Origin: Spirochaetota bacterium
GTDB lineage: Bacteria; Spirochaetota; Spirochaetia; Treponematales; UBA12059
DNA: 64,000 nt
Direction of reading: 5' to 3'
Assembly (NCBI GenBank): GCA_029560805.1
Contig: JAKQKE010000250.1
Coordinates: forward strand, 529-64,528
The notes below the pieces were generated by a model that worked only from the letters and a program-made list of their open reading frames with translations, was not told where the DNA came from and did no database searches. Below, piece after piece: positions 26,648 to 35,464 of the stretch (within the stretch, counting starts at the first letter, position 1; each line of letters opens with the position of its first letter). Position numbers and translations under genes: made by a program.

Positions 26648-27969
26648 CGCTCGCCGGACCTTCCGACGCGCTCGTTGTTCGCCTTGAGCCTGGCCGCCAT
26701 CAGCTCGACCAGCCGGCGCGACGCGCCGGCGTCCTGGGCCAGGTATCGCTCGAACATCTCGGGTGGCAACACGAATACCATGCAGTCGGTCTTGGCGACC
26801 GCTCGCGCCGACCTGGGCTCCTCGAGTAGCCAGGCCATCTCGCCGAAGAGCTCGCCCTCGCCGACCGTCGACAGGACGGCGCCCGCCTCGCCGGCGGCCG
26901 GGGGCAGCCCTATCTCCACCGAGCCCCGGTACAGGTAGAGCGCGCTACGGTCGTCGTCGCCCTTCTCGAAGATCGTCTCGCCGGCGCTGTATTCCCGGGC
27001 ATAGCGCCTGATCAGCCTGGCCGGGTTGGAGAACAGCGTGCGGTCGAGGCCTTTGGCCGGCTTGTCCGACATCGCCAGCCGGTGGAAGCGGGCGAACAGC
27101 ATGGAGTCGAAATTCTCGAGAGTGTGGCATAGCTCGGCGAAGAAGAAGTAGAGCCAAAAGAAGAAGTATACCTTGATGAGCCCGATGATCAGGTTCCCGA
27201 GGATACCGTACAGGAGGCCATAGCGCGCCGTGTTCAGGGTCAGGCTGAGCAGGGCCCCGAGCGCCGTATAGGTTACCAGGCAGGCCGCCGATCCGATCGC
27301 GGCGTTGACGGCTCGCGGCTTGACCGGCGGCACGTTCTTGTACGTCAGGAAGACGAACAGCCAGAGGGCCAGCGTCGGGAACGCATGGAGCCCCAGGCTG
27401 ACCGCCAGGCCCAAGAGTCGCGCCATCGGTTTCCATTGGATGGCGCCGATAGCAGCCCTGGCCACCTGGCTGGCCGAGATGATGAGCACGATCGCCAGGA
27501 TGAGGATGATCTCGACGGCGAAGGTCAGGGCGTTCTCGCGGACCGGGTTGACCTTGGCTCCGTCGGCGTAGACGATGCGCATGCCTCGCTGCATCGACAC
27601 GATGAACAGTCTGGCTGCCCAGAGCAGGTTGACGACGCCGAACGCCCCGGTGAAACCGGCCAGGGGCGTTGAAACGAAGCTCGCTATCGCTTCACGGCCG
27701 CCGAATACGGCGATGATCGGGTCGAGCACGCCGAGCACCAGGCCCGAGTCGAGCGTGCCGAGCACTCGGGACGAGACGAACAGGATGACGAGGACCGCGG
27801 GGATCGCCGACAGCAGGAACGCGTAGGCGCCCGCCGCGGCGTGGTTGGCCATCTCATGGCGCGAGAACTGTTCCAATGAGAAGACGACGCGCTGCGAGAC
27901 GGACTTGAAGAATCGGACCGGGGACCTGCTCATCGCGTCATTGTGCAACGGCCGGGAGCGATCGCGCAA
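26644..27969 (-). CDS. YihY/BrkB-family membrane protein fused to a C-terminal cyclic-nucleotide-binding domain
   Basis: ORF 26644-27969 (alternative start ATG 27933). It has six TM helices typical of YihY, then IFEKGDDDRSALYLYRGSVEI...GELFGEMAWLLEEPRSARAVA (cNMP-binding fold). ATGA overlap with the downstream gene. Confidence 0.7.
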   Translation of the reverse strand: MRDRSRPLHNDAMSRSPVRFFKSVSQRVVFSLEQFSRHEMANHAAAGAYAFLLSAIPAVLVILFVSSRVLGTLDSGLVLGVLDPIIAVFGGREAIASFVSTPLAGFTGAFGVVNLLWAARLFIVSMQRGMRIVYADGAKVNPVRENALTFAVEIILILAIVLIISASQVARAAIGAIQWKPMARLLGLAVSLGLHAFPTLALWLFVFLTYKNVPPVKPRAVNAAIGSAACLVTYTALGALLSLTLNTARYGLLYGILGNLIIGLIKVYFFFWLYFFFAELCHTLENFDSMLFARFHRLAMSDKPAKGLDRTLFSNPARLIRRYAREYSAGETIFEKGDDDRSALYLYRGSVEIGLPPAAGEAGAVLSTVGEGELFGEMAWLLEEPRSARAVAKTDCMVFVLPPEMFERYLAQDAGASRRLVELMAARLKANNERVGRSGER

Positions 27970-27988
27970 GGGCGCGGTGCCACGGCGG

Positions 27989-28438
27989 CTATCGCATCAT
28001 CGAGGCGACTACCTCGGGGTCCAGCCTGAACGGACTACCCAGGCCCTGGCAGAACCTGTGCCGCCTCAGGAGGTGGATCGACAGGTCCGAGTATACGACG
28101 CGCGCGCCGTTCGTCCCGTCGACCGCCTCTATGGAGTTCTTGTGGAAGGCGCCGTCGTGGAAGGGGCAGGGTAGCCGACCGCGCGCGTCCCCCACAGTTA
28201 CGGTCCAGCGGCCGTCGACGACGGTCGGTTCGCCGAGTCCCTTCTGGCCGAGCGACTCGAGCCGCTCCAGGAACGTGGCGGCGTCGTCCGGGTCCACGCC
28301 GGCGCGGCGCCACGCCTCCAGGTCCGCCTCGATTATATCCGCGAGCGCGCGCTCGTCGTCGCCCAGGAAACCCTGGGCCGTGATGGCGCCAGGCTTCATG
28401 CGCTCGTACGCTGCTATCTCGGCCGTCGTGTTCTTCAT
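27989..28438 (-). CDS. hypothetical soluble Cys/His-containing protein, 21 nt downstream of nqrF
   Basis: ORF 27989-28438 (149 aa). LPCPFHDGAFHKN and HLLRRHRFCQG are present. No family recognised. Confidence 0.5.
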   Translation of the reverse strand: MKNTTAEIAAYERMKPGAITAQGFLGDDERALADIIEADLEAWRRAGVDPDDAATFLERLESLGQKGLGEPTVVDGRWTVTVGDARGRLPCPFHDGAFHKNSIEAVDGTNGARVVYSDLSIHLLRRHRFCQGLGSPFRLDPEVVASMMR

Positions 28439-28459
28439 ATGCCCTCCAGTGCGGCTAGT

Positions 28460-29581
28460 CTAGGCGAATTTATCGTAGAAGATGTCGCCCTCGGCGATAC
28501 CGTTCCTGGTCATCACCGCGATGCAGGCGTTGATCATGCCGGGGCTGCCGCAGAGGTAGCCCTCGAGGCCCTTGTCCCGCGGGATCCTGTCTTTCACGTA
28601 GCGCTCGAGTACGTCGGTGATCAGGCCCGTCTCGCCGTTCCAGCCTTCTTCCGGGCTCGGCTCGGACAGCGCCGGAACGAAGTGGAAGCGCGGCCACTCG
28701 GCCTCGAGCCGCCGCAGCTCGTCGAGGTAGAACATGTCGCGGCTCGAGCGCGCGCCGAAGAAGTACCATATATCCTTATCCGGGAAGGCGTCGCGCTCGC
28801 GCATGTCGTAGAACATACTCTTGAACGGGGCCATGCCCGAGCCTCCGGCGACGCAGACCATCGCGGCGGACGTGTCGCGGACCCTGAAGTCGCCGAATGG
28901 GCCTACCAGCTCGACCCGGTCGCCTACCTTGAGCGCGGTATGTACGTAGGTCGTGGCGATGCCGCCGGGTACCAGGCGTATCAGTAGCTCGACGCGCCCG
29001 GAGTCTCCCGGCCGCGACGCCATCGAGTAGGCGCGCTGGACGCTCTCCTTGATGGTACCGTAGGGCGGGACGACGAGCTGGACGTACTGGCCGCTCGTGA
29101 ACGATATCTCCCTGGGCTCGTCGAGCCTGAAGACGGCGTCCTTGATGTCGTAGGTGACGTCGTCGAGCCGCTCCACCGTCGCCTTGAACTTCTTGACGCT
29201 GAACAGCTCGTCGGGCAGCTCGACGGCGATATCCTTCTTGAGCTTGACCTGACAGGATAGGCGAACGCCGTTCGCCAGCTCCTGCGGCGACAGGTAGGGC
29301 GTCTCGGTAGGCAGTACCGGCCCGACATCCGACAGCACGCGGACCTTGCACGCGCCACAGGAGCCGCGGCCGCCGCAGGCCGACGGTACGAAGACTCCCT
29401 GCGACGCGAGCGTGCCGAGGAGCGGCGAGCCGCCCCTGACCTTGTAGAGGCGCTTGCCGTGGTTGACGTCTATGGTCACCTCGCCGTAGTCGTTGACGAC
29501 GCGATCCACCAACGCTATGACGAGGGCCAGGGCGGCGGCGGCGCCGGCGACGACGAGCGGCCCCAGTATGATCTGATTCAC
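28460..29581 (-). CDS. nqrF: Na+-translocating NADH:quinone oxidoreductase subunit F
   Basis: C-terminal 373 aa of ORF 28460-30103, starting at GTG 29581 (GGGAGG 7 nt upstream). It has an N-terminal TM helix, a 2Fe-2S motif SACGGRGSCGACKV...SCQV, the FAD motif RAYSMAS, and the NAD block CVAGGSGMAPF. Confidence 0.85.
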   Translation of the reverse strand: MNQIILGPLVVAGAAAALALVIALVDRVVNDYGEVTIDVNHGKRLYKVRGGSPLLGTLASQGVFVPSACGGRGSCGACKVRVLSDVGPVLPTETPYLSPQELANGVRLSCQVKLKKDIAVELPDELFSVKKFKATVERLDDVTYDIKDAVFRLDEPREISFTSGQYVQLVVPPYGTIKESVQRAYSMASRPGDSGRVELLIRLVPGGIATTYVHTALKVGDRVELVGPFGDFRVRDTSAAMVCVAGGSGMAPFKSMFYDMRERDAFPDKDIWYFFGARSSRDMFYLDELRRLEAEWPRFHFVPALSEPSPEEGWNGETGLITDVLERYVKDRIPRDKGLEGYLCGSPGMINACIAVMTRNGIAEGDIFYDKFA

Positions 29582-29592
29582 GTCCGCCTCCC

Positions 29593-30186
29593 TTACTGCA
29601 CCGCTATCATGCCGGAGAAGCCGATGAAGGCCATCGCCATGAAGCCTATCGTTATCATCGTGATGCCCGGGCCTTTGAGGCCCGCCGGTACCGGGTTTTT
29701 CTCGGTGCGCTCGCGTATCGCCGCCAGAAGCAGTATCGCCAGCCACCAGCCGAGGCCGGAGCCGGCCCCGAAGGCCACGGTCTGGACGAAGCCGTAGTGT
29801 CGGATCTGCATGAACAGTATGGCGCCGAGTATCGCGCAGTTGACCGTGATCAGCGGCAGGAAGATGCCCAGGCTCATGTACAGGGCGGGGCTCGCGCGGT
29901 CGATGACCATCTCGAGTATCTGCACCACGGCGGCGATGACGACGATGAACACGATGAACGACAGGTACTCGAGCTCGAGCGGCGCTATCACGTACTCGAG
30001 CACCAGCCAGCTGACGGCGGCCGTGATGGTCATCACGACCGTGACGGCCATGCCGAGCCCGAAGGAGCTCTTCCAGTCCTTGGAGATCGAGATGAAGGAG
30101 CACGTGCCCAGGAAGTTCGTCAGGAGTATGTTGCTCGTGAAGATCGACGCGAAGAACAGCGTGACCGGGTTGATGAGCGGCGTCAT
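29593..30186 (-). CDS. nqrE: Na+-NQR subunit E (RnfA/NqrE family)
   Basis: ORF 29593-30186. FLGTCSF, VQILEM, LGIFLPLITVNCAILG and AAIRER are present. Confidence 0.85.
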   Translation of the reverse strand: MTPLINPVTLFFASIFTSNILLTNFLGTCSFISISKDWKSSFGLGMAVTVVMTITAAVSWLVLEYVIAPLELEYLSFIVFIVVIAAVVQILEMVIDRASPALYMSLGIFLPLITVNCAILGAILFMQIRHYGFVQTVAFGAGSGLGWWLAILLLAAIRERTEKNPVPAGLKGPGITMITIGFMAMAFIGFSGMIAVQ

Positions 30187-30809
30187 TTCTTAGCCTCCTT
30201 GCCGGCGGTCTGTCGCCTCGCCTGGACCGACTTGGCCCACCACATGACCATCGCGACCAGGAAGAACGCGCTCGGGGCCATGATCATGATGGTCCAGGGC
30301 ACGAAGCCCTCCGGCATGACGCGTAGGCCGAACAGGGTGCCGAAACCCAGGAGCTCGCGGACCGCGGCGATGGCCATCAGCACGGCCATGTAACCGAGGC
30401 CGCTCGTCAGCCCGTCCCAGAACGACAGGAGCGGAGGGTTGGCCTGGGCGAAGGCCTCGGCTCGACCCATGATGATGCAATTCGTGATGATCAGCCCGAC
30501 ATAGGGGCCGAGCTGCCTCGAGGCTTCCGGCAGGTAGGCGCGTAGCAGGATGTCGATCAGGATCACGTAGAACGAGATGACGACGACCTGCACGATCATT
30601 CTGACCTTGCGCGGTATCAGGTCCTTGAGCGCCGACAGCGTCAGGCTCGAGAAGGCGGTCGTCAGCGCGACGCCGACGGTCATCACGAGCGTGTTGTTCA
30701 GGCTGTTGGTGACCGCTAGGGTCGAGCAGATGCCGAGTATCTGGATGAAGATGGGATTGTTGGCCCAGAGATTGTCCTTGAGTATGGCGACGGCTTTCGG
30801 TGCCTTCAT
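30183..30809 (-). CDS. nqrD: Na+-NQR subunit D (RnfE/NqrD family)
   Basis: ORF 30183-30809. NNPIFIQILGICSTLAV and GLIITNCIIMGRAEAF are present. ATGA overlap with nqrE. Confidence 0.85.
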   Translation of the reverse strand: MKAPKAVAILKDNLWANNPIFIQILGICSTLAVTNSLNNTLVMTVGVALTTAFSSLTLSALKDLIPRKVRMIVQVVVISFYVILIDILLRAYLPEASRQLGPYVGLIITNCIIMGRAEAFAQANPPLLSFWDGLTSGLGYMAVLMAIAAVRELLGFGTLFGLRVMPEGFVPWTIMIMAPSAFFLVAMVMWWAKSVQARRQTAGKEAKK

Positions 30810-31417
30810 CGCTCGCCTCCGCTTTCCTTGACGCGGGCCAGGGCCGCGTCGACGATAGCCGCGAACGACTGGCTCGTGCGCGTGGCGCCCGAGACGCCGT
30901 CAACCCGGCCGTTCTCCTTGTCCGAGTCGGCCGCTCCCGACGACTCGGCGCCGGCGCGCATGCCGACGCGCCCGCCGGGCGAGCGCTCTCCCTCGTACTG
31001 CCCGAGGAACCAGGGCTCCGCGATGCGGCCGCCGAGGCCGGGCGTCTCGTTCTGCGATACGACGCGGACGCCGCGGATCCGCTCGCCGTCGGGCGTCGCC
31101 GCGAGTATCACGACGATGGTGCCCCAGAGCCCGGGGCCGGACTGCTCGACCGCTACATAGTCGGCTCCGCCCACCGTGGCCAACCACGACCGTGGCGCCT
31201 CGCCCGCGCCGACCGTCTCCGCGAAGCGGGCGGCCGCGTCGGCCTTGCCGTCGAACGGTACGCCGAGGGCACCGAGCACGGCCGACTGGGTCGCGAACTC
31301 GGCGTTGGCGGCGACCAGGTCCTTGGTGCCCTCGTTGGCTATCGCGAGCGCGAGCGTGAAGACCGCGCAGACGGCGAAGGTGAACAGCACCACGTAGAGC
31401 ATCGAGTCCTTTTTCAT
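30806..31417 (-). CDS. nqrC: Na+-NQR subunit C (FMN-binding, RnfG/NqrC family)
   Basis: ORF 30806-31417. N-terminal TM helix, ETPGLGGRI, and the flavinylation motif DGVSGATRTS. Confidence 0.8.
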   Translation of the reverse strand: MKKDSMLYVVLFTFAVCAVFTLALAIANEGTKDLVAANAEFATQSAVLGALGVPFDGKADAAARFAETVGAGEAPRSWLATVGGADYVAVEQSGPGLWGTIVVILAATPDGERIRGVRVVSQNETPGLGGRIAEPWFLGQYEGERSPGGRVGMRAGAESSGAADSDKENGRVDGVSGATRTSQSFAAIVDAALARVKESGGER

Positions 31418-32367
31418 GGTTTCGCCTCCCCGCCGGTAGCCTGAGCCGCCTTGGCGGCCTTGCGTTTCGCGGCATCGGCGGCGATTCGCTCGAACAGGCT
31501 CGCGAAGGTGTTCCCGAGGAGTAGCGCGAAGCTGGTGCCCTCGGGGAACAGGCTGAAGTTACGTATAACCGCGACCGCGATGCCGATCAGGAGGCCGTAG
31601 GCCCACTGGGCTGGCTTCTTCTTCGGCGCCGAGACCGGGTCGGTGGCCATGAACACCGCGACGAACAGGAAGCTACCGGCCAGGAGGCTATCCATCGGCA
31701 ACGCCCGCGCGACGCCCGCGACTACCAGGCCCCCGGTGACGATCGCGCCGCCGAGTAGCGTCGAGACGATCAGCCGCCACTGGGCCGTCTTCGTGGCGAC
31801 CAGGTAGACCGCGGCGACGGCGATCAGGACGACGCTGGACTCGCCGATGGAACCCGCGCGCGTGCCGAGCAGCAAGTCGAGCGTCGGCACGGAACCGCCC
31901 GAACGCATGACGGCGAGCGGGGTGGCTGCGGAGAGGGCATCCGGGCGGCCGAACAGGCTCCCGGCCGCCGCGCCGAAGCCGCCGGGCTCGAAGAACGAGC
32001 CGCCGAGCGCTCCGGCGAAGGAGATATACACGAAAAGCCGTCCGGCTATGGCCGGGTTGAACACGTTGCGGCCGAATCCGCCGTAGACCTCCTTGGCCAT
32101 GAACACGGCGAAGGCTATACCTATCGCGACTATCCATAGCGGGGCCGCCGGCGGCATCGACAGCGCGAACAGCGTCCCGGTCACCAGTACCGCCTCGCTG
32201 ACTTTGCCGCCCTTGCGCTTTTCGAACAGGTATTCTACCAGAATACCGACGCCGAGGCTCACGGCCAGGGTCGCCAGGACCCTTGGCCCGTACAGCCATA
32301 TCGCCAAGGCCGTTATCGGCGCGAGCGCGTAGAGCACCCTGCGCATCATCACTTGCTTCTGGAACAC
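31414..32367 (-). CDS. nqrB: Na+-NQR subunit B (RnfD/NqrB family), short form
   Basis: C-terminal 317 aa of ORF 31414-32604. Start at GTG 32367 (GAGGAG 7 nt upstream) or ATG 32349. FGRNVFNPA, the flavinylation-type DALSAATPL, and GSIGESS are present. Confidence 0.8.
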   Translation of the reverse strand: MFQKQVMMRRVLYALAPITALAIWLYGPRVLATLAVSLGVGILVEYLFEKRKGGKVSEAVLVTGTLFALSMPPAAPLWIVAIGIAFAVFMAKEVYGGFGRNVFNPAIAGRLFVYISFAGALGGSFFEPGGFGAAAGSLFGRPDALSAATPLAVMRSGGSVPTLDLLLGTRAGSIGESSVVLIAVAAVYLVATKTAQWRLIVSTLLGGAIVTGGLVVAGVARALPMDSLLAGSFLFVAVFMATDPVSAPKKKPAQWAYGLLIGIAVAVIRNFSLFPEGTSFALLLGNTFASLFERIAADAAKRKAAKAAQATGGEAKP

Positions 32368-32428
32368 GTATCGTCTCCTCGTTAACGCGCGATCCGTTCC
32401 GGGGATCGCCTTCGCCCCCGGAACTAGT

Positions 32429-32457
32429 AGTATAGACGCGGCGGCCCAATCCGCCAA
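32429..32457 (-). promoter_or_regulatory. sigma-70-type promoter candidate for nqrBCDEF
   Basis: Minus strand: TTGGCG - 17 nt - TATACT, about 60 nt upstream of GTG 32367. Confidence 0.4.
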
Positions 32458-32480
32458 CGGGTTTCGTGGTCTTGCGGCAA

Positions 32481-32496
32481 TATACCGAACGGTATA
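32481..32496. promoter_or_regulatory. perfect palindrome, candidate TetR operator
   Basis: TATACCGaaCGGTATA (7-bp arms, 2-bp spacer), 12 nt upstream of the TetR start, in the 140-bp divergent nqrB/tetR region. Confidence 0.5.
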
Positions 32497-32507
32497 TAGT
32501 CGTATCC

Positions 32508-33089
32508 ATGGAAACGACGCGAGACAGGATACTGGAAGTCGCCGTGGGGGCGTTCGCCTCCCGGGGTTACGAGGCGGTCGGCGTCCAGGAACTATGCGAG
32601 TCATCGGGCATAACCAAGCCGACGCTGTACTACCACTTCGGTAGCAAGGAAGGCCTGCTCGCGGCCCTCTTCGCGGAGCGTTTCGGCGGCTTCAACGGTC
32701 GGGTGGCGACGGCCGCCGCGTACCCGGGCAACAGGCGCGGCGATCTCGCCGGAGTCCTGTTGGCGACGATAGGGGCCTTCGTCGAGGAGGCGCGCGACGA
32801 CCCGGATTTCTCGCGGGTGCGGCTGTCGTCGGCCTTCTGTCCGCCGTCGAGCGAGCGTTACCGTGTCGCCAGGCCGTACCTGGAGGCGCTGTACGGAACG
32901 ATAGCCGCTACCTTCGAGTCGGCCGCGCTGGAGCACGGTAACATGGCCGGTCGCGCGGCTCAATACGCCGCGTCCTTCATCGGCGCCTCCGATGCCTATG
33001 TCGGCCTGTACCTAGCCGGAGACCTGGACCCTGACGAGGCCTTCCTCCGGCGTGCCGTTCACTACTATATGCACGGGATCTTCTCGTAG
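32508..33089 (+). CDS. TetR/AcrR-family transcriptional regulator
   Basis: Internal ATG 32508 of ORF 32466-33089. The N-terminal HTH is RDRILEVAVGAFASRGYEAVGVQELCESSGITKPTLYYHFGSKEGLL. Confidence 0.85.
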   Translation: METTRDRILEVAVGAFASRGYEAVGVQELCESSGITKPTLYYHFGSKEGLLAALFAERFGGFNGRVATAAAYPGNRRGDLAGVLLATIGAFVEEARDDPDFSRVRLSSAFCPPSSERYRVARPYLEALYGTIAATFESAALEHGNMAGRAAQYAASFIGASDAYVGLYLAGDLDPDEAFLRRAVHYYMHGIFS

Positions 33090-33101
33090 AGGAAAGCGAC
33101 C

Positions 33102-34499
33102 ATGGACGATTCGATGCTCGACCGAGTTTTCTACCATATTTATCCGCTCGGGGCATTCGGCGCTCCGAGGCGGAACGACGGCCGCTCGCACCCAGAGCCG
33201 CGGCTACGTCGCCTGGCCGAATGGATCCCGGCGATGGAGCGGATAGGCGCGGACGCGCTGTACCTGGGGCCGGTCTTCGAGTCGGAGAGCCACGGCTACG
33301 ACACGCTCGACTACCTGATGGTCGACCGGCGGCTCGGCGACGGCGGCGACCTGGCCGAGGCGTCCCGGGCCCTCGCCTCGCGCGGCATCGGCCTGTACCT
33401 CGACGCGGTGTTCAACCACGTCGGGCGCGGCCATCCCTTCGTGCGCGACGTCGTCGAGCGGGGCCACGCCTCGCCCTACGCGCGCTGGATAGCCGGCTAC
33501 GACCCGTCCGGCCCCGGGCCCGGCGGCCTGCCGTTCGGCTACGATGGGTGGAAGGGCCACTACGACCTGGTGCGCCTGGACACTGGCCTGCCGGAGGTCC
33601 GCGAGTACCTGATCGGCGTCGCGCTACGCTGGATCGACGAGTACGGCGTCGCCGGGCTCAGGCTCGACGCGGCCGACTGCCTGGACCGCCTTTTCATGGC
33701 AGAGCTCGGTAGACGCTGCAGGCTGGCGAGGCCAGGTTTCCGCCTCGTCGGCGAGGTCGTCCACGGCGATGCCTACGAGCCGATCCTGCGCGAGGGCGGG
33801 CTCGACGCGGTGACCGACTACGAGGCCTACAAAGGCCTGTGGTCGAGCTATAACGACCGCAATTACCACGAGATCGCATGGACCCTCGACCGCCTGTTCG
33901 CCGAACCCGTGGCCGGCCCGGCCTCTCCAGGTACCTGGTCCGGGGCGGGCCTGTGCCGCGGCCGGGCCATGTACTCGTTCGCCGACAACCACGACGTCGA
34001 CCGTGTGGCGAGCCTGATTCGGGATCCGGCTGGGCTCTACCCTCTGTACGCGCTCTTGTTCTCCATGCCCGGCTGCCCGTCCGTCTACTACGGCAGCGAG
34101 TACGGCGTAACGGGGCGCAAGGCCGCCGCCGACGACGGCCCGCTACGCCCGGCGCTCGACCCGGCCGCCCTGGCCTCGGCCGCGCCTCACCCGGACCTGG
34201 CGGCCGCCGTCGCGCGATTCTCCGAGGCCAGGCGCCGCTCGTCGGCGCTCCGGCGGGGCTCCTACCGCCGCCTGGCCGTGGGTAACCTGCATCTCGCGTT
34301 CGAGCGGCGGGCCGGCGACGAGGCCGTGCTCGTCGCGGTGAACGCATCCCAGGAGCCCGTACGCCTGGAGTTGTCAGCCGGCCTCCCCGACGGGCCCGTC
34401 GTCGACCTCCTCGACGGCGGATACCACGAGGAGAGCCGGGGAGGCAGGCTCGCGACCGTAGTGCCGCCGCATTGGGCCAGGTGGCTGAGGAAGGAGTAG
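33102..34499 (+). CDS. GH13 alpha-amylase-family glycoside hydrolase
   Basis: ORF 33102-34499. Conserved GH13 regions are DAVFNHVG, GLRLDAADCL, VGEVVH and FADNHD. Confidence 0.8.
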   Translation: MDDSMLDRVFYHIYPLGAFGAPRRNDGRSHPEPRLRRLAEWIPAMERIGADALYLGPVFESESHGYDTLDYLMVDRRLGDGGDLAEASRALASRGIGLYLDAVFNHVGRGHPFVRDVVERGHASPYARWIAGYDPSGPGPGGLPFGYDGWKGHYDLVRLDTGLPEVREYLIGVALRWIDEYGVAGLRLDAADCLDRLFMAELGRRCRLARPGFRLVGEVVHGDAYEPILREGGLDAVTDYEAYKGLWSSYNDRNYHEIAWTLDRLFAEPVAGPASPGTWSGAGLCRGRAMYSFADNHDVDRVASLIRDPAGLYPLYALLFSMPGCPSVYYGSEYGVTGRKAAADDGPLRPALDPAALASAAPHPDLAAAVARFSEARRRSSALRRGSYRRLAVGNLHLAFERRAGDEAVLVAVNASQEPVRLELSAGLPDGPVVDLLDGGYHEESRGGRLATVVPPHWARWLRKE

Positions 34500-34526
34500 C
34501 GCTATGCCGCGCAACACCCATCGCGC

Positions 34527-35303
34527 TCAGCGCTCCAGTTTATAGACGATGGTGACCCGGTACTCGGTTGGCCCGACGTCGCCGGGTGGGAACGGCGCGG
34601 CGCGGGCTATCGCGTCTCGGGCCGCCTTCTCGAGCAGGACGTGAGAGGGCCCGGGCTCGGCGTCCACCCGTAGTAGCGACCCGTCGGCGGCTATGGCGAA
34701 CGCCACGACCACCTCGCCCTCGATGCCCCTCCGCCTGGCGGCGTCCGGGTAGGCCTTGGCGGCCTGGATGCGAGCCATCACGGCGGCCTCTCTGGCGGCC
34801 TCCCCGGCGGCCTCGACGTCGACGGCACCGGGATCGTCCTCGGCGCTTTCGGCCGCCCCGGGCTCGGGCGCGTCGACTGTCGGTCCTGCGAGCCCCGCGG
34901 CCACCTCCCCGGCCGTCGTGTCGACCGTCGTGTCGACCGTCGTGTCGACCGTTGTGTCGACCGCGTCCTTGGGCCGATCGTCCTGGGGATCGCTCGCCGC
35001 CGAACGGATCGGTTCGGATGGTTCGGATAGTTCGGACTCGAGCGGGCGCGGCTGAGAGGTTGCACGCGGCGGCGATAGCGATACGGCGAGCGCCGGCCGT
35101 GCCGCGGCCAGCGTGGCCAGCGTGGCCAGCATGGCGCTGGTCGGCCGAGGCCGCCCGATCAGGCTGGCCGCTAACGCCAGGGCTGCTACGTGGATCGCGA
35201 CCGAGGCGATCGCGGCGCCCGCCCGGCGAACCGATCGCCGGCGTCGCAGGACGTCGGTCGATTGTGGCGAGGGGCGCCAGTCCTGCCTCGTTCCATGCCT
35301 CAT
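34527..35303 (-). CDS. TonB-family energy transducer (N-terminal anchor, spacer, TonB C-terminal domain)
   Basis: ORF 34527-35303. The TM anchor is AAIASVAIHVAALALAASLIG. A low-complexity spacer carries (VDTT)x4. The C-terminal domain is YPDAARRRGIEGEVVVAFAIAADGSL...PFPP. Confidence 0.7.
   Translation of the reverse strand: MRHGTRQDWRPSPQSTDVLRRRRSVRRAGAAIASVAIHVAALALAASLIGRPRPTSAMLATLATLAAARPALAVSLSPPRATSQPRPLESELSEPSEPIRSAASDPQDDRPKDAVDTTVDTTVDTTVDTTAGEVAAGLAGPTVDAPEPGAAESAEDDPGAVDVEAAGEAAREAAVMARIQAAKAYPDAARRRGIEGEVVVAFAIAADGSLLRVDAEPGPSHVLLEKAARDAIARAAPFPPGDVGPTEYRVTIVYKLER
34914..34961. repeat. 12-bp x4 in-frame tandem repeat (VDTT x4)
   Basis: CGTCGTGTCGAC repeated four times (the last copy has 1 mismatch) inside the TonB spacer region. 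Confidence 0.9.
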
Positions 35304-35464
35304 CCGCGATGCCTCGTACGGAGCGGCGGGGGAGGTCGGGCGTCGGCGTTACGCTGGGAGGGACGGGCCCCGGAGAACGAGGGCGGACGGCTCCCGATGC
35401 GGAGACCTCAAGGAGGCTACCCGCCGGCGTATCGCTAGCGGCTCACCTCGTACCGCGCGAAAGG

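Noticed and set aside
27961-27990. Sigma-54-like TGGCACCGCGCCCTTGCG on the minus strand upstream of the YihY-cNMP gene
   Set aside because: The spacer between TGGCAC and TTGC is 7 nt instead of 5 (GG to GC distance off by 2). This is incompatible with -24/-12 recognition.
28460-32367. Naming the five-gene complex Rnf instead of Nqr
   Set aside because: The last subunit is a TM-anchored 2Fe-2S/FAD/NADH reductase of NqrF type, not a polyferredoxin RnfB. No RnfC is present. The operon is therefore called nqrBCDEF, and the ambiguity is reported as a finding.
34914-34961. Short tandem repeats (also 23372-23407, 36960-37001, 63446-63589) considered as CRISPR or VNTR-type arrays
   Set aside because: The units are 9-21 bp with no spacers. 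All are in frame inside CDSs and encode low-complexity peptide repeats. They are not CRISPR.
35395-35440. GGGUAGCCUCCUUGAGG, reminiscent of the RNase P RNA motif GGGUAGGCUGCUUGAG
   Set aside because: None of the other universally conserved RNase P blocks (GAGGAAAGUCC, ACAGAACCCGGCUUA) are present nearby. The segment lies in the riboswitch expression platform.
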